DNA from: Magallana gigas
Taxonomy: Eukaryota
Assembly (NCBI RefSeq): GCF_963853765.1
Contig: NC_088854.1
Span: forward strand, 54,932,001-54,996,000
Length of the DNA: 64,000 nt
Direction of reading: 5' to 3'
Part shown: positions 24,101-38,023 of the stretch, in pieces
How positions within the stretch are numbered: the first letter of the stretch is position 1
Layout: the number at the start of each line of letters is the position of its first letter
Notes under the pieces: generated by a model
What the model was told of the DNA's origin: nothing
The model's database searches: none
Seen by the model: the letters and a program-made list of their open reading frames with translations, nothing else
Position numbers and translations under genes: made by a program

Positions 24101-27100
24101 GAAAGAAGACTGGTCATACGACTTATTGATTTATTCATGATCCTAATATTGCAAATATAAAACATAGCGCTAATAACAGGATTGCAATCATCATAAACCT
24201 TGCCAAAATTTCAACGAAAAGAAAAAAAATTCGTATGCTTTCCAGTTATTGATAACAAAAAATGTTTAACCGTACTCAAAATGACCAGACATATCAATGT
24301 TATTTAGGTGTTTGTTTCAGAGCAAAACTCCTAATACATCGATGAAATACCGTTTGCCAATTAACAACTATTTATGTATTCCTTTTCTTGATTTTTTGGT
24401 CAACAGGACCCTGTACCTGATGTGCTGCTACCTCCAAGGGAAGGAGGAGAAGCCCCGGATAATCCGTAGGACAGTGGCCCGCTACATGATGTTTGGCCTC
24501 ATTCTGATATGTCGTTCCATCAGCGTGGCTGTTGTGAAGAGGTTTCCCACCCTGGACCACATAGTCGAGGCAGGTAATCCCTTTCAAGAAAATTACATGC
24601 TTCACGCATGCGCAGCTCTTCATTTCACTGTTATTTAGACCTTGTAATGTTCCTTTCTTAAAATTTATTACATTATTAAATTGTTTTGTTATAAAATGAA
24701 CTTCTCATTTTACATATATAGGGTTCATCACAAGTGAGGAGGCCCTGTTGTATGAAAAGGTGGACTGTAAATATAACAAGTTCTGGGTACCGCTCATGTG
24801 GGCAAACGCAGTGCTGGCCCATGCCAGGAAGGAAGGCCACATCAAAACTGACTGGGGACTACGAATGGTCATCGAGGTAACGAACAAGTTGTCCCGATTA
24901 GTCTTTTAAAAGCAGTTTTAGAGTTTATGTTGATAATCTTCAGGCATGAGTTTTACTAAGCTTCTTAAGTTTAAGATTTCATCGTAACCGTAAGTTACGA
25001 TGAATATCTGTTTTACCAAACTTCTTAACTTTAAGTTACGTCAAAAATATCGTCGTAACTTACGACAGCCTATGGGCTACTCTAAGTTAAGAATTTTTCG
25101 TATTTTTCTAAATAAATGAATAAAAATGGCCGCCTGCATATTGTTTATTGAAGTTTTGAGAGAAAATGAAGACAAGGCTTTGCGTCGTGAACGCGTTTTC
25201 AGAGACAGGAGTCAAGTTCTTTTAAAATATGTTGACCGACAGCGAGCTAATTGGGCGATATAGGTTTCCAAGGCGAGTTATTCTGCAGCTGACAGACGAT
25301 GTCAAAGACCACATACAACCACAACCTTTGAGGTCGCATGCCATTACAGCTCACATCCAGATAATTCTATGGATATGACCTTTAAAAAAAATAACAGAGG
25401 AAATTCTAAATGAAGCTGGACTTATAAAGCATCCTATCAATCAAATTCTTACAAAATATTAATATCATAAAACATCACACTCATGATATTGATAAAAAAA
25501 TACACTTACTATGTTGGTTATGTTCAAAGAATGATTCCGAATGATATCCTTACAAACATTTCTATTTGTCCACTATTTTGAAAGAAGGATGAAGAGTAAA
25601 CAAAAGGGCCACAACTGTATTATTACTTCATCGAGTTGTTCCCCTTTAACAAGATTGTGTGTGATGAACCATACCAATTTAAAATAAAATTTAAAATAAA
25701 TATTGCCTAAAAGATATATAAATATTTTTTTGATTTATTGTGTAAAATTAATATCATTTCTTGTTGACAGTCAAGAATAGTTAGAATATATTTCCATACC
25801 CATACTAAGCAATATTATAGTTCAAGTATTAATCATAGTATAGTAAAATGGTGATCAAGGAAATAAATGAATACATTATTAAAGAATTAAAGAAATAAAA
25901 GAAGATAGGCTTTTTTGTCATGGACTTTTTTTAAACTAAATGAATAGACCTATAAAATTGTGTTAAGCCTAATGGGGTAGCCGATATAAATGTATATGAC
26001 ACTTTTATCCGCTACTTGTGTTAATGTCTGGTTAAAAAATTCTGAACCTTTTCGCCCCCCCCCCCACCCTCCCCCGCATCAAATAATCTTTTTTTTTTCT
26101 TTCTTTGAAAAGTCTTTATTTCATTTAATTATTAGTACATGTATTGTAACCGGGTCTTGATGCAGATGACATAATAACACCAAGTCAATTTTATAGGGTT
26201 CGATTCCTTTTTCAATAAATTGTAGGAATATGGTAATTGCAGGAAATCACAATAGAACAACACATACATAAAACATATAAGCACACGACAAAGACAATAC
26301 AAACACAAACATCGCACAGACATTGACATAAAACATATATTTAACCTATTAATATTATCAGCAAAGAGCGATAATTTAATAATTTATATTTAAACTATAA
26401 ATTCCAAATGATCAGAAATATTTACGGTAATAAATATCAATAAACCTAGTACAGCAAGGACAGAAACATATAGTTACCAATTTATGGAACTGAGTGCAGG
26501 TCCTATTTACTGGATTTCATATCATGAATCGATCACCATATTCAGTATACAATGAATATCGTAAATTTACTTTACTCCATTTAATTATATTCCTTTTTTC
26601 ACTATAACTTCTATCAACTTTGTAACTCATGTGCTGTATTTATTATTTGTGTTAAAATGTTATTCTTCATGCAATCTCCTATGGGAGGAAATAAAGATAA
26701 TTAGAATTAATGAATGAACAGTCTGGGCAATTTAATGAATAAAACATTTACATGCATGTAGCTTTTCATGATAATTCATTACAAAGTTACACACATATAC
26801 TTTATTAAAAACATTCACTCTCCACACTCATACGGGTTAAACATATTTATTAATTCTTTATATTGTAAAACTATTCTTTCTCCATTGTTCAAAACAGTTT
26901 CGCAGACGATAAAATGTAAATAGCCGCGAAAACGAAAGTGCCCTCTGCGCTTGCGCAGCGTTCATAACTACGAATATTCACACCTCCGTTATTAGAGAGT
27001 TCCATTACGGAAACTTGCGAACGTTTCGTAAGTTAAGGTTACGAATAAAACTTACGAACACGTTAGTAAAACAGAACATTCTTATCTTAAGTTAAAACTT

Positions 27101-30059
27101 ACGAAGTTCTTAAGTAGTAATATTTTTGCGTAAGATAAGAAGCTTAGTAAAACTCATGCCTGGTCTGATGTATTATATGCAGGCGATAGCTGATTTCCGG
27201 GATCGATGCTCGCTGTGTTTTGTATACGACTGGATAACCATACCACTGGTTTATACCCAGGTAAATAAAGTCGCGTGCTCTCTTGTATTGATGGCGAGTC
27301 CTCGATCGTTCGTTGTTTTACAAAGTATTGTACATGTTTAGGTTGTGACTCTTGCAGTCCATAGCTTCTTCCTGACCTGTTTGATAGCGCGCCAATTTCT
27401 GGATCCCGCCAAAGGTTATGCCAACTATGAGTACGATATGTATGTACCAATCTTCACACTGCTGGAGTTCTTTTTCTACATGGGTTGGTTGAAGGTAAAC
27501 TCGTTTTGTAAGCAGAATGAATCCATCACATTCTTGGCCCATATTTGTTCAATTCCTGACAATTTTACTTTTTTTCTGAAGGTTGCAGAACAGTTAATCA
27601 ACCCTTTTGGGGAAGATGACGATGACTATGATATCAACTGGCTCTTGGATAGGCATTGGGCAGTAAGTTGCCATCTCCTGTTTATTGATTGGTGTTTTAT
27701 TTCTTACATAAAGTATAACATGCACATTAACCGTTGATGAACCACTCTTCCTTTGATATAAGGTGGCCGTCACGCTCATCGATGAGATGTGTGGCGATTT
27801 CCCGCCATTAATCAAAGACCCTACGTTCGATGAAGGAGTCACAGACTTGCCCTATACAAATGCTTCTTTGGGATCCAAAAAGCCAATGTTCTTGGGCTCA
27901 ACATACAATTTAACGTAAGTCCTTCATTGGCCAGCGTTATCACTGTGTTTAATGGTTGCATAAGATTTCCTAAGCTTTAGTCCTTGTTTGTGTGTATTGT
28001 ATAGGTCCCCTACTCTCCAGGACCAGCGAATCGTCCATCCCGACGAAATGGTGGACTACAACGAAAACCGGTCTGTATTCAATCATACGGGCAACAGCTT
28101 CGCGGGGTCCATGCTCAGTCTGATAACAGGAAGAGCGTCCTACTCGTAGGTGTTTTCAATTCTTAGCATTGCTTTTACTAGTCTTAGATTTACATAAAAC
28201 CCAGAACGTAGCATCTCATCTGTACTGTTTCAGTCAATATAATCACGGTGATCAGCTGAGCGTGCCCTCTGAGCGGTACACTACCCAGCTCAACCAACAC
28301 ATGGACCACCTCCATTACCCCGGTCAGACGGCCGGTCAGACCAAGACACGCAACCATTCAGTGATAGGAACGGTTAAACCAAAGAGGAAGATTTCGTTCG
28401 AGGTGACAGCTGACGCGCGGCTGGGTTCAGCGTGGGCGTCGGACACCCGTCTTGACACTGTTAACCAGGATTGGGAGGCAAGATCACGTGCCAACACGAC
28501 CGGAAACGAACCGCCAGACATTCCTGTAGAGAAGAACGCCAGGAAACGGAAGAGAAGCTTCCCACTGAGCTTCCTGTTTAGGTTAGCGGATTCCAGAAAA
28601 AATTCCTCTGGATCCCTTGGTTCTGCAAAAACGGTTAAATCACGTGACGGTAACGAAGGCGAACACGATGCGACGCCTGAGTATGTCCCTCTACGAAGGG
28701 CAACAACCACAGGTCCAATGATAAGGACGGCTGGAGACAGGCTGGACAAGAGGAGAAAGAAGAGTGCGCCATTGTCGTTATTTAGGAGTCAATATGACAA
28801 CGATATTGTGGAAAACAATTCCACGGATTCACTTCCTTCCAAACTAGACAGTCCAGCTACCAGACACAAAGCCACGAGGTACAATGGGTGAAACACCTTT
28901 TTTCTAGTTTTTGCTCGCATCAACAATAAGTCTTATGTTTGAATTATTCATCCGTCATTCCATGTATCTATTAATGGCTACAATTGGGTGATTAGCGAAA
29001 AATAAATTTGTAACTGTAAAATTGTTTAAATGTGGCAATCGGGGAAAATCATTGTTCATAATATACTCTTCTTTAGCCACCATTGGCGCCCTGTTAAAGG
29101 GTAATTACTATATTTTCTTAGCTTTCACAACCTAACACTGCATTTACTAACACGCTTTTACCAGATTACGTAGGAGAATGTCTTTGGACAGCAAATTGTG
29201 AGTAGAAATGGATGATCATTTTCTTTTTCAGAGGATCTGCTTCAGGACAGTTCATTTGGTGGTGGTTTTTCAATAAATGTTGGTGACAGATTGTAGGTCT
29301 TGATACACTTTTTTATAATGCTTTTAACAATAGATTATTTGATAAATTGCGATCAACTGTACTAAATCCACTATCCATTGTAACAGGTTTACGATTGAAC
29401 AAGTTCCAGACGACATCCCCTTAGACGAGGAGTTAACCCTGATCCATCATAGGAATGCCCAAAAAATCAAGGAATCGATGAGCGGAAAGAATATTTCCCG
29501 CGCACCTAACTTATCCGCTATTGAGGAGGGTGGAACTATTACCAGCATCACGCAGATTTTACCGGAAGATGATACGCCTCCGACTCCAGATGTTATAGTG
29601 GAAGTTCCAGAGGAGGGTGTGTTCAGTGAGGGTGATGAGGAGACATCAGAGGAGAAGGAGCACACTCGGTAAGGGACAACCCATACACTAAATCATGTCC
29701 ACCCTAAATCATGGCCACACTAAATCATGTCCACCCTAAATCATGTCCACACTAAATCATGTCCATACTGAACCAACCCATACACTAAACCATGTCCACA
29801 CTAAACCATGTCCATACTGAGCCATGGTCACTTAAAAAAGTTATGCTACCCCCCATCATTCCCCCTATCTGAACTTTTTTTGCAAGAATAAGATCCTAAA
29901 AATGTTGCGTTTGGAATGGTTGGGGGGATTTAAGAAGTCTTATAGTGAGTTTGATTTTTTTTTTATCATTTTTCTTCTCATCTTTTCAACAGGAGAGATG
30001 AGGAAAGCAGACCACTTCTGGATAGACCTATTCCAACAATAGTGATCGAGGAATGGTGA
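21122..30059 (+). CDS. BEST: Bestrophin (Ca2+-activated anion channel) with long C-terminal tail
   Basis: Exons 21122-21300, 21517-21651, 24407-24573, 24722-24876, 27183-27260, 27342-27494, 27582-27662, 27763-27914, 28005-28145, 28234-28878, 29165-29197, 29387-29668, 29993-30059, all phase-compatible. Hallmarks [46 protein letters not shown] and PYT..FLGST. Confidence 0.95.
22117..22430 (+). repeat. 41-bp minisatellite (~7.5 copies) in bestrophin intron 2
   Basis: Unit ~aagataacttacaatctgtgctatgatactctatatattgt recurs every 41 bp (22156, 22197, 22238, 22279, 22320, 22361, 22402). Confidence 0.95.
22768..23242. mobile_element. Non-autonomous element with ~100-bp TIRs
   Basis: tatataacatt...gtcacaaatgagataattttattactttgccctgtaaa...cacaccggaaatagttatatt is mirrored at 23142-23242. 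Confidence 0.8.
23242..23780. mobile_element. Element ending in a 136-bp near-perfect palindrome (23643-23778)
   Basis: atctctcatgatttgcgatggtatatgatttttatccaac...cccctcg-tcaaggct-cggggatagaaaacacac...atcgcaaatcatgagagat; additional inverted pair tttatcacatgttt / aaaacatgtgataaa. Confidence 0.7.
24941..27162 (+). mobile_element. Internally deleted PIF/Harbinger element in bestrophin intron 4
   Basis: Exact 27-bp TIR caggcatgagttttactaagcttctta / taagaagcttagtaaaactcatgcctg. 25163-25370 translates, with a frameshift, to RRERVFRDR...[42 protein letters not shown], similar to the HARBI1-type N-terminus. No TSD evident. Confidence 0.8.
29685..29830 (+). repeat. ~16-bp minisatellite in the last bestrophin intron
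   Basis: Unit cacactaaatcatgtc, about 8 degenerate copies. Confidence 0.9.
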
Positions 30060-31025
30060 CTTTAGTGCAATATATATTTATTTTTATAACTTCATATACA
30101 CGATTCTGCAACAACCACGGTTTGTCCAGCTTGATAGTGATTTCAAGGATCACAATTCCCCATAATATATGATCCGTCTGAAATTAGGAACCTTTAATTA
30201 TTGATTACTTTGTTGAATCATTTGGTGTTCGGAGGTAGTTGCACACATATGGAGGAAGTATTTTGTTCCTCACTGCTGAATAAATTTACACTAGTTTTTA
30301 TAAAGATAAACGCTTATGTTCTGTGTTATTTTATCTACAATGGATTCATTTCTACTAAATTGAGTTCCAGCTTTCTGATTGCTGTGTGTCTGCTACTTAG
30401 TGTTATGACTGTTAAGACTGCTAAAGCGTACAATTGATAAATATATTTAGTTCATTCATGGAACTACGTAAAATATACAGCTGGTGCACATAAATAACAC
30501 AAAATGTATAAATTATTTTATTATAAATCTTGCTCTCCACAACCACAGTATTCTTGAACAAAACATACAACAATCTCATAAATACTATATTACAATGTAA
30601 ACAATGGGAAAAAATGCATTCTCAAGGTGAAAAAAGGGAGATAATAATGAATAATGCAATCAATAATTCCATCACAGGAGGAGTGTATGGCATGGTTTAG
30701 AGATAAAACAAGAGAGAGGTATGAAACATGCAACTAATGTTGACTAGAGATGATAGATGATAAAAATATCAAATGGAAATCACATGATTGAAATGTTGCA
30801 ATGAATATTGATTTTCTGATCGGTTGGGTATACATATTCCTGAATGTCACCAAACGTTACATAATTGTAGAAGACACAATACAGATCTCTGACAATATTG
30901 AGAGACACTTCCTCACCAAACAATAAAGCAAAGGAAGGAATGTGGGTGTATACATAAAGATGACAATTAAAACTGGTAAACTCAAATAATGCACTTGGTA
31001 AAATCGCGATGAAATAAACACAGTT

Positions 31026-34000
31026 CTAGGCCTTCAGAAGAGCGTTGACCACAGCTTTGGCATTAAGGTTGCGCAGGTCTGTGTACGTCTGTCCCGTGCC
31101 TACAAACACAATGGGCTGACCCGTAATGTACGTCATAGAGATGGCAGCTCCCACCTAAAAATACAAATAACATCGTCCATTAATAAAAACAGAACACATC
31201 CACAGATACAATCAAATAATTACTTCATGTATTTGGTTTTGCTTCATTGGTCATTATAGATTGATAATTTGGTCTGTTTTATTTCAAAACAAAATTTAAC
31301 TTTTGTGCTCATCATATGATTTATCACTTTAAAATTTTCTCTTGGAAATTTAGGTTAAAAACAACCTTAAAGTTTGAATCATTCTTATTTTTTCCTCTCA
31401 TTATTTATTTCCTAAAAACTTATCTTAGTTGGTCTTTCAGATTTACACACACGAATCCTCCACTTTTTTAATTAATATATATATATATTTCTAAATAAAG
31501 ATAGCTAACAGGAGCTTTAAAATACATGTACCTTGTCATCAATCGTGTCAAACTTGGTCAGGATGATGCCATCGATGAGGCGGGGGTTTGTCATGTTGGA
31601 GTGGTCAGCCAGGGCCTGGTTGAACTTAGTCAGCTGATCAACAGCCTCGTTTCCAACCAGCGCCTCCCCCACAAACAAAACCAGGTCTGGCTGGTTCACC
31701 TTTATCAGCTGTAAAATGATATAAATGTTGTATTTCTTCTGTCCCATATGTTTCATGTTAGGAAATTTAAATATTCCCCGAGTAACACAATCTATCACTC
31801 GTGGTTCTTTTTTTTACCATGAAGCATGTACCATATGTCTACTTACTTTTTTTTTAGACTTATATTGTATAGCAGTGAAATGAACATGAATGATGATAGA
31901 AGTAACTAAATGCACATGTGTTTAGGACATTAATGTATACAAATTGCACGAAATGTATTTTGAGTTTCAAGAAGAGTTTTTTATGTACATGCCTTAGAGA
32001 GAGCCTTCATCAGAGGTTCATTGTCCTGCATTCTGCCAGCTGTATCCACCAATACTACATCAAAGCGAAGGTCCCTTGCTGCAAGAAAGTAAATTTATAG
32101 CCAAATCAGAACCAAACACAAGTGGATTTTTATTATTTTTATTAAATTGATCATTAAAAGTATCAAGCATACATAAAAAGTAATTAGAGGGTTACCTGAG
32201 TTGATGGCTTCCAGGGCAATGCCAGCAGCGTCTTTTCCATATCCCTTTTCATACAGCTTCACCATGGTTTGTCCACTGTGAGCCTCTGGGGGGTGGAGTG
32301 CGTTAAGTTTACGAGTGTGGGTCCTCAACTGCTCCACAGCTCCTGCTCTAAAGGTGTCGCAAGCCGCAATCAGAACACGGAAATTATTCTCCACCAACCA
32401 GAAACAGATCTAGAGAAAGGTATAACAAAATAATTTTGCACAACCTAAACATATACATTCTTTTGTTAATTAAGGCATATTTAGAAAAATCTTAATTCTC
32501 CCTTTAAAAAGAGCATTTTTGGTTATAAAATTTCTAAATGGGTCATGTAAAGCACATGTTTTAACTCAGCAGACTTCACTGGACATGTAATTTTGGCATC
32601 TTCTGACAAGAAGCATAACTCTAACAGTACTTATGTTAAGTATCTTCCAAGTGACTAATTTTGCTATGAAAAGTTTGTTTTTAGTTTGGATTGAATAAAG
32701 CACATTCTAACACTGTAGACTTCACATGGAGTTTAGCGTTACCTTGGCCAGATTGGTCGACTTCCCCACACCATTGACCCCACAGAACGTGATAACAAAA
32801 GGCCGGTTCTTCTGCTTGGCCTCCATTGCGTCTCTCAAGATATCAATTCTACGTTTCGGCACCAAAAGCTGAACACAAGCCTCCTCTAGGGTTTTCTTTA
32901 CCGTATTAGATATAGCTGCAACATCAAATCATGTAATAATGTAATACAATATAAAGATACTTTTTATGACTTTGCAAATAAAATCAATGTAAAAAAAGGT
33001 TTCCAAAATTTTAATTGCCAGACCAGAACTACTCTGGTAACTACATTAATACAGTATTTGAGCTTTTCATTTCAGAAAAAATCTGTTCAAGGGACAAGAA
33101 TTATGTTATTTAACATTTTTATCACTTATGACACAGCATAGTGCGACTTACTGCTAAAAGTTCCAAGAACTTTCCCCTCCAGTTTGGCACCAACAGAATC
33201 ACACAGTTTCATAGCTATGTCGCCAGCAACATTCTTAGCTGTAACACAAGTTTCATACATTTATTTACTGATATCTTTTAATAGTGTGCAGTAAGTCAGC
33301 TACAATATGACTACAGTCTATAAGAAATCTCATATATTTCTTCACCATTATAAACTATGATGTATTAATCTTTCTAGTGTCATTTTATTAAAATTCTTTT
33401 AAAAATACTTTAATACAAATTTTCAGGTACATTCATTTGTATAAAATCTTTTGAAAATGTTTGGACTTGTTAGTGGATGCCTACCGATGAGGTGGTCTCT
33501 CATTTTCTCCAGAGCTGGCTGCAGGTCCTCTCTGGTCAGAGTTTTGGATCCGACTAGGTTCTTGAACATGCTGAACATTCCTCCACCAGATTTTCTACAA
33601 CAGACAGTTCAGAAGTGTCACAACTAAATATTCAATACCCAATTATTACAACCCATATCTTGTTCAGCAGACTATTACTTTCAAGGCACTGACCCTGAGG
33701 GACTGCTGTTACTGGTTGAAGCTGATTCCTCCTCAAATTCTTCTTCCTCTTCCTCTTCCGATTCCGGCTGTATGTCCATCAGCCCTCCAGACATTTTCCC
33801 TACACAAGCCATCTTAAAACAAAACACATCACCATTAATCTTAACGTCTACGCAAACAATAGTTTGCAAAACTGTGGAATCATTTTTATTTGTGGGGTCA
33901 ATGTTCGTTGGTAGCCAAATTTATTTTGGTTCGTGGGGACGTAATTTTGTTGGTAGTGTAATCGGGATAATTTTGATTAATATTAAACAAATGATTGTGT

Positions 34001-37000
34001 GGTTCTTCTCGGGGATGTAAATTTGTGGGCAATGGTTACCCACGAAAGCCACGAACATTGGTCCCCCACGAACAATGATGACTCCACAGTACATGAATGC
34101 AACTGGGAATGTTTTTTAAGTGATTTTTTTATGGAATTTTTTAATCACTTGAAAATCAAATGATGTCAATATGTTCATATTTGTATAAGCAACATGGTTG
34201 ACATATTTAGAACCAACCTCCTCTTGTGAAGGCATTTCATTCTGAGCATTTACAGCCGCCTCTGCTGCCCCGTTAGCATCGGAGAAGTCCAGATTAACCA
34301 TGTCCCTGTTAGTCCCGTTTAATTCCCACTTGGTGGCCTGTTTTCCTTTCTTTTTGGGCGGCTCTGCTTTTTTGGCAACTGGGCTTTTTACAAAAAAAAA
34401 AGCAGACATAAATCATACGAGTATGGACTTTGTGCAACAATCTTATTCATTATAAGTCAAAATCAAAATGATCTTTCCGTGAAGATTAAAATATTTGTCC
34501 AAATAAAAACCAAAAAATCAAAAACAATAATTAGACCTGATAGAATGATTTTCTGATGATCACTGACCTACTGGGTTTCTTTTTGCTATTCATCATAGAG
34601 AACATCTTCTCCCTGTTCTTACGAATCGTCTCCTCATCCAGCCCATCTCCATTAACAGTCACATTTGATTCAGGTTTGACAGGAGATTCCACTGGCTTTT
34701 CTGGCTCCTTGGGTCCTACATCTGATTCATTTAAAAATAATTGTATCATACAAGCTCAAAGCTATATGTAAAAATTTCCTTCCAAAATACAATTTTAAAT
34801 TGTTTCGTTGATATCTATAAAGCTTACCCACCATAAGATGACTGTTTGACTTACTTTTGACAGGTTTGTTTTCCTTCCCTTTGGCTTTTTTCTCTTCCTT
34901 TTTGTTCACAATCATGGAATCTACAGTTTTCTTGGATTTGTCAGACTGGTCAAATGTTCTCATCTTCCTATTCAGAGAAATAACTTCATGCTTTATATGC
35001 TAAATTTATAATGATTTATCATTGTCAAATTATGTCCACTCTCCTTTTCAATTTTTTTTAACAACTAATAACAAAGATTATATGTCTGACCCTGATTACA
35101 TATTCATAAACTTAAGAGTTCAAAAATACATTTGGATAAATTACACTTTTTAAACATGCTGACAGTTGTATTTATTAGTCAACTACCACTGTAAATGACT
35201 AGACATGAATTAGGCCTTCCTTTTTTTAACAAAGACAGGAAGGATCACAGGAAACAAGCACAGATCTAAGGAAGACAACCCCAGCAGACATCTGTCTCAA
35301 TTGATGGTTTATAAAGGAGTCAGACAAGTGACCGTTTACACCAACAATGTCAAGTGTTGCAGCGAAGCCGAGGACGGCTTTTGATATTCTGTGGAAGAAG
35401 ATTGGCGATTTACTGTAAGTGGCTTTCGTCTCCAAGATCTTTATTATTTATAAGTTTTGGAAGCAGACTGGTTGTTTACTGTGAGTTTCCTCACTATGAT
35501 TTGAATTTGTTGGTTACTATGGAGGAAGACTAGTATTAATTGGTTTCCACTCAGACTCTGAAAGCTTCTTTCATTGGTTATTTATGCAGGCTCCCTGACA
35601 CACAAGACATGACCTCCTATCAAATATCACTATGTTTAGTTACCTTCCCGCCTGGGCCTCTTTACGACTTTCCTCTTCCCGAGCCTTTAACATTTTGTTG
35701 AAGGTCTCATCGAAATCAAAACCACAAACCATAGCATTTGCTTTGTTCTGTAGAACATCTTTGTACTTATTTCTAAATTCCATCTGAATGTCAGTCAAGA
35801 ATTTATCAATGTATGATAACTGGAGTATTTTCTGGTAACCAACCTGGAGATAAAACAATGAATTATGTATTATACTTAAATTTCATTGTATTTTTTTCAT
35901 TAGTTCTGCAAAAGTAATCTCAAAACTCGAAAGATAATCATGCCAGGTTAGAGATCAAGGACTATTTTCATTTAGAATTCTTGAATTAATTACTCTTGAT
36001 AAACATGATAAATGTTATTTTCTTAATGAATTAAATTGCAATACCAATTACATTATAAAAGGAAATTGAAAAGATCTGACACTTTCTGTTTTGCATATGA
36101 CATAATTAAAAATATCTATGCATCCCTAAACTCTATCTTAAATTTTATCATTTGGATGTTACAAATATTATGTATCAAAATCAAAAATAATTATGACCAG
36201 TTGCTAAAATCTAAAATTCTCTTACCACAAAGACCAGTTCAAATTCATTATCCAGCTTGTACTTGAGAGTAAGTGCATCATGAGTAAAGGAGCTGTTACC
36301 ACTTCTTTCCTACAATAGTATCAATGTTAAATATTCCAATACTGTTATTTTAGTAACTGTAAGAACTGCAGTAACTTCTGAATCATATGTATCTGCATCT
36401 GATACAGATTTTGCTATTAACACAATAGAGTTTTAACAATTCTTTAATTCTGAAAAAATACTTTTAGCTCTTGAATTTCTTATATATCTTGCTTAAAGTA
36501 GATAATACCCAGTTTCTGATAAATTTTAGGTTAAGTTGACAAAAAATCTGATCAAAAACATATGTGATGAGTTGTTGAATGGTCAGCCTCTCTTAATAAA
36601 CACATCCTGGGATTTATCTAGCTATTTTGTTTTACTGCCCTTTTTATATTTAAAGGGGAAAATTCATGTAGTAGGTACGATCTGAGCGCAGAAGGCATAA
36701 AAATGCTAGTCCCCCCCCCCCCACCAAAATAATTTTTTTTTAAACAAATGGAGCAAAATCCTGCATTCTGGGAGCTTCTAAAGTTCATTTCTCTATGTTT
36801 TTAAAAAGGCAAGAAAAAACACATCTATTAGTTTTATATTCTCTGTTCAATCTGGGAATTTTCTCTCTGAAAAAAGGTGAATTTTTGCACCTATTTTTAG
36901 AGGGTTACCATTTATCGGTAGTAAAAACAGCCTTAATAAATCCCCGACATCCAAAATTCAAAATCATTATTCTTAAAATTATTGATACATACATTTGACA

Positions 37001-37594
37001 ATATCTGAAACACATTTACAACAAAAAAAGAAGGGAATTATTGAAAACTTTATTGCAATATCTCAAGGAATTAGACTTGTGAAAGGTTTCACAATTGAAA
37101 TATAAATTATTCATTTTGACAGCAAAAAAATGTATTATCAAAATGATATTACCAGTTTTTCATAATTCAAACATTACTTAGTTAATGTCATACTAAACCC
37201 CAGATCAGAATTGACCAGCTGGTATGAAAAGTAAGGGGGGGGGGGGGTAGCAAAACACAAAACAAAACAAAAGATCATAGAAAGGTCAGTGATGTAAAAA
37301 AAATTTACATATTTCATAAGCTTTTAAAAAAGAACCCCTTAAACAAATCTCATGATTTCCTGGCTACATGTAGTTTAATCACACCAGGACCTGATATGCT
37401 ACAACGTGATATCTTGACAGTCATGTACCATATGTGACATGATTAGCAATTCCCTTCCCATCACACAAATGTCTTACCTGTAGAATAACGCTTTTGATCA
37501 AGGCGTTAATTGGTTGTGTAAACAGTTGAGATGTTCCTTGAAAATACCATAAAACAATACCACCTTTGCTGAAAATTGAGAAAAAGTCCAACAT
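31026..37594 (-). CDS. SRPRA: Signal recognition particle receptor subunit alpha
   Basis: Starts [16 protein letters not shown]; SRX exons 37594-37478, 36309-36226, 35843-35644; Lys/Glu-rich linker; GTPase motifs [38 protein letters not shown] (exon 32078-31993), [10 protein letters not shown]; ends VVNALLKA*. Confidence 0.97.
33870..34091. mobile_element. MITE in SRPRA intron (same family as 652-872)
   Basis: actgtggaatcat ... atgactccacagta termini; ccacgaa subrepeats. Confidence 0.75.
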
Positions 37595-38023
37595 CTTGCT
37601 GTTAGTTGCGTGTTAGCGTAAAGCGGAAGTTGCACAAGCGGAATGCCAAATGAGACAACTGCGTTGATTGGCTGCTTAAGAGAAGACCGATTTACGAGTA
37701 TAAATAAATATATTCATTCCTTTAAAAAGTAGTTCAAAGGACTACCTGTAGATTATCAATATTTCAGAGTAATGTTCAACAGAAGTCAATTTGTTTAAAA
37801 ATTATTTATATTTTTTCTCTATCTTCCGCACCCAAAACAACGTTATATTTAAAGGTATGTAATAAGGACATAGATCGTTGATATGTTCTTACGCCACGTA
37901 CTGTGCAAGAACGGCCATCTTTGTCACATGTTCAATTTTCCATCTCATGTGACCTGTTGTTTGGCCCCGTGATCAAGCTTGCTTTATTTCCAGGCAAATT
38001 CAAACCTTTGCCAAATCGTCCAC
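37595..38023. promoter_or_regulatory. Probable bidirectional promoter / 5' UTR region of SRPRA and USF
   Basis: Start codons are ~430 bp apart head-to-head. Motifs: ETS-like cggaagt (~37624), CCAAT on the minus strand (gattgg ~37666), ccacgt (~37895), YY1-like ggccatcttt (~37913), E-boxes gtcacatg 37923-37930 and catgtgac 37946-37953. Confidence 0.6.

Noticed and set aside
28336-28749. 137-aa antisense ORF
   Set aside because: Shadow of the GC-richer bestrophin tail exon on the opposite strand.
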